Positions 1 to 10,909 of a DNA stretch of 64,000 nt are shown here, one piece after another. Within the stretch, counting starts at the first letter, position 1; every line of letters begins with the position of its first letter. A model generated the notes under the pieces. It saw only the letters and a program-made list of their open reading frames with translations, ran no database searches and was not told where the DNA came from. The stretch spans positions 672,001 through 736,000 of the forward strand of contig CBDHDG010000006.1 of assembly GCA_965261595.1 (NCBI GenBank), written 5' to 3'. The translations under genes and the position numbers were made by a program. This DNA comes from a bacterium (GTDB lineage: Bacteria; UBA8248; JACPRG01; G963555815).

Positions 1-131
1 TCCGGCCGTAAGAAGGGCCCCGGACGGAGCGGGTATTCAATTCAGCCTCCGGTGACCGGGCATCTTCGATACATTTGGGCGGCCTCCCCCAGCGATTCGT
101 CCCTTGGATCCATCATCTGTTAGGAAAACCC

Positions 132-698
132 ATGGCAACAAAGCTCAAGAGCGACAAACGCTCCTTCCGAAAGGGGATGAGGATTATTTATCCCCTTCAT
201 GGTGAAGGAAAAATCGTCGGTTTGGTGGAAAAAGAGCTTCCGACCGGGTCTAAGCGGTTTTACGAAATCCAACTGGACGGTCAGCCGGATGCCAGTGTTT
301 TTGTCCCCCGTGACGCGGCGAGGCAGTTCGGTCTGCGGCCTCCCATGCGACAGGCCGATGTACCCAAAATTCTGACAATCCTCAAGAAGAAGGCCAGCGA
401 AGAGAAGGTCGAGCTCAATTGGCGGACCTGGAAAAATCGGTACGAGGAACAAAAGCGGATGCTTCGCGAAGGCAACGTCACCGGTCTCGCGGAGGTGGTT
501 CGCAATCTCCATGAGTTCTCCAAAGGCCGGACATTCAGCAGCAAAGAGCTGAAACAGCTCTATCAATATACGTACGATCAACTCACCCGGGAGATCTCCG
601 AGGCGACCAAGAGCAGTCTGGAAGACGCCGAGAAACTCGTGAACAAGGCCCTCGGGCCGACCCCTGCCCGGAAAGACCAGAAGAAAGCCGCATCGTGA
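132..698 (+). CDS. carD: CarD family transcriptional regulator
   Basis: N-terminus FRKGMRIIYPLHGEGKI and C-terminal NWRTWKNRY...LAEVVRNL match the CarD/CdnL pattern. Confidence 0.85.
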   Translation: MATKLKSDKRSFRKGMRIIYPLHGEGKIVGLVEKELPTGSKRFYEIQLDGQPDASVFVPRDAARQFGLRPPMRQADVPKILTILKKKASEEKVELNWRTWKNRYEEQKRMLREGNVTGLAEVVRNLHEFSKGRTFSSKELKQLYQYTYDQLTREISEATKSSLEDAEKLVNKALGPTPARKDQKKAAS

Positions 699-943
699 AA
701 TCCGAGAAGACGGAATCCAAGAACGGCAAGGACGATTCCTGCTCCGTGATTCATTGCAATAACCCGCCGGTGACCGACGGGTATTGCGACACGCACCTCG
801 AGCGCTTGGAGTTGATCAAGGAATCCCACGGACACGTAAAGCAGATCCAGTTGCGCGCGCGCGAGGATGAAAAAGGCCCGGCCATCGAGAGCAATCAGGA
901 AGCCGCCCCATCGTTCGGCCAAACCGAAGAATACATCGAGTAG
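695..943 (+). CDS. small hypothetical protein with a Cys/His cluster
   Basis: GTG start overlaps the carD stop; CSVIHC...YCDTH motif. Confidence 0.5.
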   Translation: MKSEKTESKNGKDDSCSVIHCNNPPVTDGYCDTHLERLELIKESHGHVKQIQLRAREDEKGPAIESNQEAAPSFGQTEEYIE

Positions 944-1309
944 GTTTCTCAACCTCCCAACCCTTGCCCCGACGGAATCCCCATCCGTGGAGTTTTCCTC
1001 TGAAAACCCCGTGTCCGCATCCGAATCAGGCCTTTCTAAGGTGAATGTCCGGAGCGTCCGCTTCGGCGGCCTCGTTGATGGGGCGTCCTTTCGTTTGGTC
1101 ACGCCTTTCACAAGCGACCCGCCCTCGGCGCAAAGCATGTCCCCGCCCTCATGAGGCACACAATTTGCTTATCTCCTTACCCGGGGCCGAAGCGGGGTCC
1201 CCGGAAGCCACGTGAAACTCTTGGTTGCCAGTTCGCGCGGAAAACCTTAGATTGTTAGTCGACTCGCGGCCGACAGGCCCTCACACTCGGATCTCCCGGG
1301 AAGCGGTGA

Positions 1310-2197
1310 ATGAAATCTGACAAAACTCAAACGCGGCGCGTGACCTCGGCGGCCGGGACGCTTGGAATTCTGGGTCTCGGTTTGGCGTTGATCGGTTGCT
1401 CGAACGTCGCGCTGCAACGCATGACGCCGAGCAACGTATCGGCCACTGTCCGTCCGGACATCCGGAAATACAACCTGCGCAACATCGCGGTCATGCCCTT
1501 TCGGAACAACACCGATTCTCCGGAAGCCGGGCACAAGGTGGCCGCGTTCTTTTACCACGAGATGGCGACCCGGAAGCGGTACTCGGTGACGCCGCCCGTC
1601 CGGCTGGATCTGACCGAGGAGATCGAGCTCGAATTCCGCGTGGACCCGAGCCGCCGCGCGGGAAGCGTCAACCGCGAAGAAAACCTCCGGCTGCTCGGCC
1701 GCGCGGTTTCAAACTATCTCAAACAAGTCGCGCCCTACACGACGACCGAAAGCCTGGTCTTTTCCGGCGAGACGCCCGCGAAATCTCCGGATGAGGATTC
1801 GGGAGCGATGATGGGGGAGATCCGATCGTCCGCCGTGAAGCCCGGCGAAGAATCACAGGCCTTGGATGCCGTCGTGACCGGCGTGATCACCCGCTACCGG
1901 AACCGGGACGGAACCCCGCTCACGGCGGACCATCCCTCATCGGTGTCGTTCGACGTCTATCTGATCAGCGTCTACGACGGCAAGATCCTGTGGAGTGCCA
2001 CGTTCGAGGAGACCCAGGAGTTCCTGAGCGAAAACCCCCTCCTGCTCCCGCGGTTCCTTGAAGGCGGCGCACTCTGGCAGTCCAACGACAAGCTGGCCCG
2101 CATCGGGATGGCGCGTGTGCTGGACACCTTCCCCGGCATCGCCAAACGGACCCGGGCCGGCGTCCCCGGGCCTCCCGTGGCCTCCGCCATACCCTGA
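1310..2197 (+). CDS. putative lipoprotein (CsgG/LpoB-like fold)
   Basis: Hydrophobic signal ending LIGC (lipobox); NIAVMPF and DAVVTGVIT...GKILWSA motifs. Confidence 0.65.
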   Translation: MKSDKTQTRRVTSAAGTLGILGLGLALIGCSNVALQRMTPSNVSATVRPDIRKYNLRNIAVMPFRNNTDSPEAGHKVAAFFYHEMATRKRYSVTPPVRLDLTEEIELEFRVDPSRRAGSVNREENLRLLGRAVSNYLKQVAPYTTTESLVFSGETPAKSPDEDSGAMMGEIRSSAVKPGEESQALDAVVTGVITRYRNRDGTPLTADHPSSVSFDVYLISVYDGKILWSATFEETQEFLSENPLLLPRFLEGGALWQSNDKLARIGMARVLDTFPGIAKRTRAGVPGPPVASAIP

Positions 2198-2252
2198 AGA
2201 TCTCCTCCGGGGGGATATGTTTCCCCCCCCATCCACCCCTAAGGTTTTCGAT

Positions 2253-2960
2253 TCATCCTTTCTCCAAATCTTTCATCCTGATTCTGCCTTTCGGCAGGGC
2301 GGCGAGGATCTTCGCTTTCCCTTCCCAGGGACACTGCTTCCGGACGGGGCATTCGCCGCATCGGGGATTCCGGGCCGTGCAGACTCTTCGGCCGTGGAAC
2401 GTGAGGAGATGGTTGAAGCCGGGGACCAGGTCCTTGGGGACCACCTCCCGAAGCTGAAACTCCGTCCGGTCCGGATCGCGCGCGTCCGCGAGATGAAACC
2501 GGTGAGAGAGCCGGAACACGTGAGTGTCCACGGCGATGGCCGGGACGCCGAAGCCGTCGTTGAGGAGGATGTTCGCTATCTTCCGGCCCACCCCGGGCAG
2601 TGCGACCAGGGCATCGAAATCGTCGGGCGTCTTCCCGCCGTGCGTCTTGCACAGGATCCGGCATGAGGCGATGATGTTCCGGGCCTTGTTCCGGTAAAAA
2701 CCGCAGGAGTGGACCCACCGCTCGACCTCCCGCTGCCCCGCCCGGGCGAAGCGGGCCGGGGCCGGAAACTTCCTGAACAACCGCGGCGTGGTCCGGTTCA
2801 CCTGTTCGTCGGTGCACTGGGCGGAGAGGATGGAAGCCACCAGAAGCTGGAACGTCCCATCGTAGTCGAGCCCGCAGCGCGCGTCCGGATAGGCCGCGGC
2901 CAGCCGCTTCAGGATGGCCCGCGCGCGACGCTTCTTGGCGGTCTTCGCGGGATCGGCCAT
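2253..2960 (-). CDS. nth: endonuclease III
   Basis: LLVASILSAQCTD, HhH LPGVGRKIAN, AVDTHV and C-x6-C-x2-C-x5-C Fe-S motif; start taken at MADPAK. Confidence 0.95.
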   Translation of the reverse strand: MADPAKTAKKRRARAILKRLAAAYPDARCGLDYDGTFQLLVASILSAQCTDEQVNRTTPRLFRKFPAPARFARAGQREVERWVHSCGFYRNKARNIIASCRILCKTHGGKTPDDFDALVALPGVGRKIANILLNDGFGVPAIAVDTHVFRLSHRFHLADARDPDRTEFQLREVVPKDLVPGFNHLLTFHGRRVCTARNPRCGECPVRKQCPWEGKAKILAALPKGRIRMKDLEKG

Positions 2961-3247
2961 TTGTCGTTTCAAACCTTTCTCCGAAATCACAGAGGCCGGG
3001 AAGATGTCTCTTCGCCAGCATTGTATCGAAACAGCGGGGGTCATGCCGGTCCCATCCTCAGCGGGCGAGTGGCCCGACCCGCCGGATTCCCCGTGCGGGC
3101 GATCGCCGCTCTCTTGCCGGGATCCCGAATCGGCCCGGGCCATGGGTCCTCTTTTGTGATAAAAAACCATTTCATAACGCGGCCCGGCGCTGTGGCTGCT
3201 TCAAGAGAAGAGGAAACCCTTGCACCCGTCAATCTTCCAGGCCGTCC

Positions 3248-4357
3248 ATGAATGACCGTCCGGCTGTTCCCTACGTCGACTTACCGAAACAGGCGCATCG
3301 GATCAAACAGGAGCTGATGACCTCCATCGAGCGCGTGATCGACCACGGAGGCTACGCCCTGGGGCCGGAGTTGCGTGATTTCGAAGAGCGGATTGCGGCT
3401 TACTGCGGGACGCGCTTCGCGGTGGGCGTGGGAAGCGGCACGGCGGCGCTCATCCTGGCGCTGCGATCACTGAATATCGGACCGGGGGATGAGGTCATCA
3501 CCGCCCCGAACTCCTTTATCGCTTCGGCCGGCGCGGTGGCCATGGTGGGGGGGCGGCCGGAGTTCGTCGACGTGGACGCGGAAACGATGAACCTGGATCC
3601 GGAGCGGCTGGAGGGGGCCGTTACGTCCCGGACGAAGGCCATCATGCCCGTTCACCTGACCGGCCAATCGGCCGACATGGACCCGATCCTCGAAGTGGCC
3701 GGGCGTCACGGGATTCCGGTGATCGAGGATTCCGCCCAGTCCGTCGGCGCGACCTATCACGGCCGCCGCGTGGGAGGCCTGGGGCGGCTGGGCTGTTTCA
3801 GCTTCCATGCGCTCAAAAACCTGCATGCCTATGGGGACGCCGGGGTGATCACCACAAACGACGAAGCCCTCAGCCAGTGGCTCCTCAAGGCCCGCAATCA
3901 CGGTATGCGGGACCAGAAGTGCGAGTTCTGGAGCGCCAATGACCGGATGGACACCCTCCACGCCGCCGTGTGCGGCGTCAAGTTGACCTACCTGGACGAT
4001 TGGACGCGGGAGCGGCGGGAGATCGCGGCGGAGTACCGCGACGCGTTGCGGGACCTTGTCGGTGTGCCCGACGAGGCCCCCGGATGCCTGCACGTCTATC
4101 AGACCTTCATGATCCGGGCGGATCGCCGGGACGATCTGCTCCGGCATCTGCAATCCAGAGGCGTGGACGCCAAGGTTCATTATCCCGTTCCCCTCTACCA
4201 GCAAGCGCCGGCGAGGGCCCTGGGCAACCGGCCGGAGGATTTTCCGGTCGCCCATTCCCTTTCCCGGCGGGTCGTCAGCCTGCCCCTTTATCCGGAGCTG
4301 ACCCGGGACCAGCGAGACGCCGTCATCCAGGGCGTGCGCTCGTTCTACGAGGCGTGA
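3248..4357 (+). CDS. DegT/DnrJ/EryC1/StrS PLP-dependent aminotransferase
   Basis: SGTAAL, IEDSAQS and FSFHALKNL..YGDAG motifs. Confidence 0.93.
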   Translation: MNDRPAVPYVDLPKQAHRIKQELMTSIERVIDHGGYALGPELRDFEERIAAYCGTRFAVGVGSGTAALILALRSLNIGPGDEVITAPNSFIASAGAVAMVGGRPEFVDVDAETMNLDPERLEGAVTSRTKAIMPVHLTGQSADMDPILEVAGRHGIPVIEDSAQSVGATYHGRRVGGLGRLGCFSFHALKNLHAYGDAGVITTNDEALSQWLLKARNHGMRDQKCEFWSANDRMDTLHAAVCGVKLTYLDDWTRERREIAAEYRDALRDLVGVPDEAPGCLHVYQTFMIRADRRDDLLRHLQSRGVDAKVHYPVPLYQQAPARALGNRPEDFPVAHSLSRRVVSLPLYPELTRDQRDAVIQGVRSFYEA

Positions 4358-4479
4358 CCCCCATGCGGCGCGAAGCTCGTCCGGAGCCACCGTCAAGCCG
4401 TTCGAAGGCCCGTTCTGAGGCCGTCCCCTCTCGGGGAAAGCTCGTCCGTCCTGTAGAGCGCAATCCCTCTCCCTCGCCC

Positions 4480-5676
4480 TCACCACCACCTGTGCTCGCA
4501 GCGGCTCAGGACTTCGCGGCCCGTCTCCGTGATCCGGACCGTGTCTTCCAGCGTGGCGCAGCCGAAGCGCTCATCCAGGAGAATGCTCTCGTAATTCACC
4601 GTCTCGCCGGGCCGGAGGACGTAATCCTTCTCGACCGGCCGGGGAAGGTCGCGGAACTTCGTCGTCCCGAGACCGTGACCTTTTAAGTAATAGCGTCCAG
4701 CGTATCCCTTTCCGTCCGCGACCCGCAGCGCCGCCGACTCCGCCTCGCCGAGGGTTTTTTCCGGCGCGGTCGCCTCGATGGCCGCCAGGAGTCCCAGGCG
4801 GGCGCATTCGAGGAAGTTCAGCTCGTCCCCTTGCGCCGTCTCGTCCACCTTGATGACCCGGGCCAGGTCCGTCCCGTAGCCTTCCCACTCCGGCTCGATG
4901 TCCAGGAAGAGCAGGTCGCCCTTTTCGAGCTTCCGGTCCGTCGGAGCGACGTTCTTGAGCAGGGTCCGCCTGCCCGAGACGAGACAGACCGGAAACGGGC
5001 CGTACAGGTTTTGCGACCCCGCCCGGAACATGGCCGCCACCGCCTCCGCCGCCACCTCGTTCTCCGTGACGCCCGGGCGGGCGGTCTCGCGGGCGGCCTT
5101 GAGGCCCTCGACGCCCATCCCGACGACCTTGCGGATGACCGCCAGCTCGGCCGGGCTCTTGACGGCCTTCTCGGCCAGGTAATCGCGCGTCGCCTCAACG
5201 ATCCGGTCCGGCGGGATGATCTCCCGGACCCTCGATGAAAGCGCGAAGTTGAAGGCGTCTTCGCCCACGAATCCGACGCGGCCCCCGGCGGGCAGGGACG
5301 AGACGGCGTCCCGGAGATGGCCCATGAGCTCATCCGGGTCCGCGGCGACGGGCCGGGCTGGCCGGTAGTCCCGCACCCAGGTCATCCACGCGCCGCTCTG
5401 GATAGGCTCCATGCGGAAGAGCGAATCCGTCCCCAACACAGGCTCGCCCTCGCGGGGGAGAAGGAGGAAGGTGTAGCCGACGTAGCTGTCGAAGTTGGCG
5501 ATCCAGCGGACGTTGCCGCTCTGCCTGGGCGCGGCGAAGAGGAGGAGGGCCGAGAGGTCCCGGCGGTCCATGAGCCGCCGGAGCCGGTTCAGCCGGTCCT
5601 CGTACTCGGTCTCCTCGAAGGGCAGAGACATCCACCTCTGTCGCGCGTCCCAATCGGCGGGCAGGATTCCGGGCAT
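4480..5676 (-). CDS. Xaa-Pro peptidase / M24 family protein
   Basis: Creatinase-like N-terminus; DI..E..GYGTDLAR, GHGLG and LEDTV motifs; start MPGILP follows AAGGAG. Confidence 0.8.
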   Translation of the reverse strand: MPGILPADWDARQRWMSLPFEETEYEDRLNRLRRLMDRRDLSALLLFAAPRQSGNVRWIANFDSYVGYTFLLLPREGEPVLGTDSLFRMEPIQSGAWMTWVRDYRPARPVAADPDELMGHLRDAVSSLPAGGRVGFVGEDAFNFALSSRVREIIPPDRIVEATRDYLAEKAVKSPAELAVIRKVVGMGVEGLKAARETARPGVTENEVAAEAVAAMFRAGSQNLYGPFPVCLVSGRRTLLKNVAPTDRKLEKGDLLFLDIEPEWEGYGTDLARVIKVDETAQGDELNFLECARLGLLAAIEATAPEKTLGEAESAALRVADGKGYAGRYYLKGHGLGTTKFRDLPRPVEKDYVLRPGETVNYESILLDERFGCATLEDTVRITETGREVLSRCEHRWW

Positions 5677-5736
5677 CTTCAAAGGGGGCTCCTTGACGGA
5701 TATTTTCAGTGTAGTGTCTCCAAAATAAATTGACAC

Positions 5737-6163
5737 TGGACCGCCCCTGGGTTATTGGACACTCGGGTGAGGGTATTCGACCTCATGCGGCCTCCGCAAC
5801 TTGAGCGAGTTTTTCCTGCCTTGCCTGGGCCGGCGTTCGGTAGCCGTAGCCCTTGAGAATCCAATGATGGTTGTACAGGTTCTTGAACTCAAGCAGCGCC
5901 CACCGCAGTTCCTCTACGGTGGCGAAAGAGCGCACCCACAGGAGATTCTCCTTCAAGATGCGGATAAACCACTCACAGTAGCCATTTCCCTCGGGCGCCC
6001 GCACGAAGCTGGGCGAACTGGTCATGCCCAGGTAGGCGATCTCCCGCTGAAAGTCATCGGACAGATAGGCGGGGCCGTGGTCGTGACGAACTTTAAGCCC
6101 CTCGGCGACGTCCGCCTCCAAGCCGGCGAAGCGCTCGGCGACCCCCTGCCGGATCGGCTCCAG
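5737..6163 (-). mobile_element. partial (right-end 427 bp) copy of IS3-like element A
   Basis: Near-identical to the 3' end of the full copies; abuts the full copy at 6164. Confidence 0.9.
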
Positions 6164-7567
6164 TGGACCGCCCCTGGGTTATTGGACACTCGGGTGAGGG
6201 TATTCGACCTCATGCGGCCTCCGCAACTTGAGCGAGTTTTTCCTGCCTTGCCTGGGCCGGCGTTCGGTAGCCGTAGCCCTCGAGAATCCAATGATGGTTA
6301 TACAGGTTCTTGAACTCAAGCAGCGCCCACCGCAGTTCCTCTACGGTGGCGAAAGAGCGCACCCACAGGAGATTCTCCTTCAAGATGCGGATGAACCACT
6401 CACAGTAGCCATTTCCCTCGGGCGCCCGCACGAAGCTGGGCGAACTGGTCATGCCCAGGTAGGCGATCTCCCGCTGAAAGTCATCGGACAGATAGGCGGG
6501 GCCGTGGTCATGACGAACTTTAAGCCCCTCGGCGACGTCCGCCTCCAAGCCGGCGAAGCGCTCGGCGACCCCCTGCCGGATCGGCTCCAGGGCCTCGAAG
6601 CGGTTGCCGCTCTTGGCCGCATGGATCCCCACGCAGTCCACCGAGCAGTGATCCACCGCCACGAACACCGAGGCCATCCCCTCCTCGGTGGTCACCGTCG
6701 TCGTCATGTGCGTGCCCCACATTCGGTCGGGCCGCTCGGTGCGGATGGTCCCGTTGTGGGCCTTGGGACCTCGGGGTTTGCCCACCCGGTGGGGGGCCTG
6801 AAGCCCCGCCTCCCGCATCAGGCGACGCACCCGCTCCTTGCTGGTGCGGATGCCCGCGAAGCGCAGCCTCGCCCACACCTTGCGGTAGCCCTCGCCATGG
6901 AAGGGAGAGTCCTCCAGGACCTGCCGGATGTGGCCGAGGAGTTCCGCATCGGTGCACGGGCCCACAGGGCCGCGCTTATTGGGCGTGGGGCGTTCATGAA
7001 CGGGGACCGCCTCTTGCCGCCGTTGCGCGTAGACCGTGGAGCGCGCCAAGCCCCAAAGGGCGCACACCCGCTTCAGGCCGTAGGCTCTGCCCGTGGAGGT
7101 GAAGCGGGCCTGACTCATCGCCTCCACCTCCTGCCGGCTAAAGGGCGGCCGGCCTCCAGGCGGTCGATCTTCTCCCGCAGGACCTCGCCCTCCATCGTGA
7201 GTTCGCCCACCTTGGCCTTGAGCCGGGCGTTCTCCTCGTCCCGCTCATCCGCCGGGCGGGCTTTGAGCGCCGCCTCGCCCGCGCGAAGGAACGCCTCGCG
7301 CCAGGCGGAAAGCCGAGCCGCTGTCGTGCCCAACTCGCGGCAGAGCGTCTCCAGGCTCTCGCCCCGCAAAAGACGCAGGACCGCCTCCCGCTTGCGCTGG
7401 CAGGAGAACCGACCCCGCTCACTGCGATGCCCTGGGGCCTTGGCTCCGTTCGCCCTACGGGCGCCCTCCGCCAAAGCCCCCTCTTGCTTTTGTTCGTTCA
7501 TCGCGACACCCCTTTCTCCATGAATCATGGATCAATCGAGTGTCCAACAAAACCCTAGAGCGGGGGA
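6164..7567 (-). mobile_element. IS3-like element A, 1404 bp (orfA 7115-7528, orfB 6210-7127)
   Basis: Ends TGGACCGCCCCTGGGTTATTGGACACTCG / TCCCCCGCTCTAGGGTTTTGTTGGACACTCG; DDE integrase core; ACAC flanks the whole 5737-7567 block. Confidence 0.93.
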
Positions 7568-7865
7568 ACACTACACATATTCCGGAGAAGGCGGGCAGGA
7601 TGCCCGGCCTACCGGACAGGGACAATCCGGGTCTCGATATGTAAAACCATTAAGGCCGCACTGGCAGACCAACTGCCAGTGGCACCCCTTTTTAGGAAGT
7701 CGCACCGGAGAAAACGGGCGGCCACCCCCCACATTTCGGGGTTTTGGGCGCGTTGAGATTATATCAGGCAATCCGCCGAGATCCGTGGAAAACGGGTGTT
7801 TCCATGATGCTGCGGTGTGTAAGCGCGCCCTGTTGTGTAGGCTTTACGGACGAGCGCCTTCGTGT

Positions 7866-8081
7866 AATCTGGAGGAGGCGGACCTCCGGGATGCCCGTCG
7901 GAAGGGGGCGCATTTGGAGAGGGCGGATCGTCGGTCCGCAATAAACCTGAGCTGAGAGCAGGGTGAATCGGCGCACTGCTACACGAAGGAACTGTTGCCG
8001 GAAGAGCTGCGGAATTTGGCGGACCTGGAGGACAGGCCGCACGAGGATGATGAGTCTCACCAGACCGAAGCGGAGGCGTGA
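7866..8081 (+). pseudogene. degenerate pentapeptide-repeat protein fragment
   Basis: Translates NLEEADLRDARRKGAHLERADRRSAINLS*EQGESA..., with an in-frame stop. Confidence 0.5.
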
Positions 8082-8123
8082 GTGGCTGAGTCGGCGCTGG
8101 CGGTAATTTTGCGGGAGTGTGAC

Positions 8124-8196
8124 GGGCCGGTACAGAGCCCGGCCCCTACATGTCCATTGCAGGATTGCGTGTAGGGGCGGGGCTCTGTACCCGCCC
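8124..8196. repeat. GTAG-type REP doublet
   Basis: GGGCCGGTACAGAGCCCGGCCCCTAC and GTAGGGGCGGGGCTCTGTACCCGCCC in inverted orientation. Confidence 0.75.
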
Positions 8197-8293
8197 CAGA
8201 AGTATCAGGGAATCCTCCGGATACTTTATTTTCGTGACCCGCTATGTGTTAGGATATTATTCATGCCATCCTCAATAGCGCAACGGATTGATG

Positions 8294-8854
8294 TTAAGGG
8301 CTAATCTGGGCGTACCGAAAGCAATCCACCGTATGATCGTTGACCATCCCGACGGCCTGCATGAAGGCGTAACAGATGGTCGAGCCGACGAAGTTGAACC
8401 CCCGCCGTTTCAGGTCTTTGCTCATGGCGTCGAATTCGGGCGTTCGGGCGGGAACTTCATCGGTTGAGCGCCGGGTGTTCACCTTGGCCCGCCCCCCGAC
8501 GAACCCCCAGATGTAGGCGTCGAAGCTCCCGAACTCCTCCCGGACGGCCAGGAAGGCCCCCGCGTTCCGGATGGTGGAATCGATCTTGAGGCGGTTGCGG
8601 ACGATGCCGGGGTCGGCGAGGAGCTGGTTCACCTTCCGCTTGCCGTACCCGGCGACGATCTCGGCGTCGAAACCGTCGAAGGCCGCGCGATACCCTTCCC
8701 GCTTTTTCAGAATGGTGTCCCAGCTCAAGCCGGCCTGGGCGCCTTCGAGGATGAGAAACTCGAACAACGTCCGGTCGTCATGGACCGGAACGCCCCACTC
8801 CTCGTCGTGGTAGGGGGTCGAAAGCCCGCCCGTCGCCCATGGACGCCGCTGCAC
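8294..8854 (-). CDS. tag: DNA-3-methyladenine glycosylase I
   Basis: YHDEEWGVP, LEGAQAGLSW, IVRNRLKI, FMQAVGMVNDH; start approximate. Confidence 0.93.
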   Translation of the reverse strand: MQRRPWATGGLSTPYHDEEWGVPVHDDRTLFEFLILEGAQAGLSWDTILKKREGYRAAFDGFDAEIVAGYGKRKVNQLLADPGIVRNRLKIDSTIRNAGAFLAVREEFGSFDAYIWGFVGGRAKVNTRRSTDEVPARTPEFDAMSKDLKRRGFNFVGSTICYAFMQAVGMVNDHTVDCFRYAQISP

Positions 8855-9147
8855 CTGTCGAGCCTCGGATCTTCGGACCGGCGGAGAAGAGAGGGGACGC
8901 CATCGGCGGGCGGCTCGCCCGCGCCGGTTTATTACGGGGAGCGATAAATACTTGACACCTTTGTCACCCTGAGCGACGGGCGAACAACGTCCGGCAAGGA
9001 AGGCCTGAAGACGCATCGCAGCGAAGGGTCTCGCCGCGGCCCTTCCCGTAGCGTGATCCGACAATCGGTACAACAACAATGCGAGATTCTTCGCGCGAGT
9101 CGGTTGACTCCCGCTTAGAATGACATGTCAACTATAAAGTGACCGCC

Positions 9148-9597
9148 TTAGTAATTATCCCGCCAGGGATTCCAGCAGCCGCCTCTTCTCTTCCGATATC
9201 TGTTTGGGATAACACTCGCGTCGTCGAAGAGGTCTTCCGGCGGCCCTTCGGGGAAGAATTCCACGAACGCGTCGATCTCGGGCTCGAAGACCGGGCACGT
9301 ACTGCTTCGCCAGCCGATCCGAAACTTCGCGACGGCCTCCTTCGCCTCCCGGTCCGCGTCCTTCTTAAGCACCTTGGCGGTCGCCCTCACGGCGCGGGTC
9401 CCGGTCTGAATCCCCACGTTGGGATTCGCGATGAGGTTATGCACCCAGTCCCGGTTCGTTTTCGGAAACGGGGAGGCACCGATGAGCCGGCCGTCCCAGT
9501 AGTACACCCGGATTTGCACGTGGTGAGGCGTTTGTGTCTTTCGGCCCGTCGTCGTGATGAAGGGCTGAATCTCGGTCCCGTTCGCGGGCGTTTCCAT
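9148..9597 (-). CDS. deazaflavin-dependent nitroreductase-like (split-barrel) protein
   Basis: ITTTGRKT...DWVHNLIANPNV motif. Confidence 0.65.
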   Translation of the reverse strand: METPANGTEIQPFITTTGRKTQTPHHVQIRVYYWDGRLIGASPFPKTNRDWVHNLIANPNVGIQTGTRAVRATAKVLKKDADREAKEAVAKFRIGWRSSTCPVFEPEIDAFVEFFPEGPPEDLFDDASVIPNRYRKRRGGCWNPWRDNY

Positions 9598-9787
9598 TGT
9601 CGTTCTCTTTGACTCCGGCGGAACCACCGAATCGGGGCGTGATTGTTGACGGATTCCATGTCCGGAGGATATCCTACCCGTAGGATATTCTAGCGTTATC
9701 TCCAATTTACATTCAACCGTGGCCGGGGGAGGGAAAGCGGTCTCTTCCATCAACCCCCATCCATGTCGTCCAAGGGAGACCCACGCT

Positions 9788-10720
9788 TTGAAGATCGACA
9801 TTCACGCCCATGAGTTTCCGGAAAACTACCTGCGCGAGATTCACCGCATGGTCGAACGGGGGGAGTTCCCCGAGGTGGCGGAGACCCTGACGCCGTGGCG
9901 GATCGACGACCACCTCGCCCTCATGGAGCGGGAGGGCGTCGATATGCAGGTCCTCTCGCTGGCGGCGGCCCGATACGTGGAAGACCGGCCCCAGGCCCGG
10001 GCCCTGGCCCGGATGGTGAACGAGGCCTTCGCCGACGCCGCCGCGAAGCACCCCGGGAAGTTCGTCGCGTTCGCCTGCGTGCCGCTCGCCTTCGTGGACG
10101 ACGGGATCGCGGAGCTGGAGCACGCCGTGGGGACGCTGGGGATGCGGGGGCTCATCCTGGGGACGAACGTCGCGGGCAAGCCCTTGAACGCGCCCGAGCT
10201 CCGCCCGTTCTTTGAAACGGTCAACCGGATGAAGCTGCCCGTCCTCATCCATCCGATGTACCCGGACTGGCCTGAATCCTACTCCGATTACCGCCTCGAC
10301 CTGTGGCTCGGCTGGCCCTATGAGACCACCCACGCGGTCAGCCGGATGATCCTCTCGGGGATATTCGACGACTTTCCGGATTTTCCCCTCATCGTCTCCC
10401 ACCTGGGGGCGAACCTGCACTACATGTGCGAGCGGATCGGAAACGCGTCCCATCTGGGCTCGGCGAAGGCGGGCGTGATGGAATACCTGCGGCGCTTCTA
10501 CTACGACACGGCCGGTCCCGTCCCGGCGGCGGCGGTCGGCTGCGCTCTTGAGATGTTCGGCAGCGGGAAAATCCTCTTCGGCTCCGACGCCCCCTTCGGG
10601 CCCGGCCACGGAGAGGCGTTCATCCGCAAGGGGATCGCCTGCATCGAGGATCAGGCCCGCGGCGGCGAGGAGAAAGAGGCCATGTTCTCCGGCAACGCGC
10701 GCGGGATTCTCGGAATTTAG
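9788..10720 (+). CDS. amidohydrolase family 2 protein
   Basis: IDIHAH, VLIHP, SHLG, YYDT and ILFGSDAPF; TTG start after AGGGAG. Confidence 0.88.
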   Translation: MKIDIHAHEFPENYLREIHRMVERGEFPEVAETLTPWRIDDHLALMEREGVDMQVLSLAAARYVEDRPQARALARMVNEAFADAAAKHPGKFVAFACVPLAFVDDGIAELEHAVGTLGMRGLILGTNVAGKPLNAPELRPFFETVNRMKLPVLIHPMYPDWPESYSDYRLDLWLGWPYETTHAVSRMILSGIFDDFPDFPLIVSHLGANLHYMCERIGNASHLGSAKAGVMEYLRRFYYDTAGPVPAAAVGCALEMFGSGKILFGSDAPFGPGHGEAFIRKGIACIEDQARGGEEKEAMFSGNARGILGI

Positions 10721-10809
10721 GCCGGGTTTCTCACAAAGCTGATGGTCTCGTGTTTGGCTTAGGCTTTGTCGCGTTGATGGTGGCGAATACACGCAACGGT
10801 CAGTTGTTC

Positions 10810-10835
10810 GGGCGGGGACGGGGACCCGCCCCTAC
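10810..10835 (-). repeat. GTAG-type REP
   Basis: GGGCGGGGACGGGGACCCGCCCCTAC hairpin. Confidence 0.65.
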
Positions 10836-10868
10836 GGGTAAAGAGGGGTTTTTTGCGTGATTATGCCC

Positions 10869-10897
10869 TTGACACATAGTGCCACAAGATGTATATT
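10869..10897 (+). promoter_or_regulatory. sigma70-type promoter at the IS1595 left end
   Basis: TTGACA-N17-TATATT; equivalent site at 31422-31450. Confidence 0.75.
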
Positions 10898-10909
10898 ATA
10901 GGGTATGAG

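Noticed and set aside
6228..7523. 431-aa antisense ORF recurring in IS3-like A copies
   Set aside because: High-GC shadow frame; recurrence only reflects near-identical IS copies
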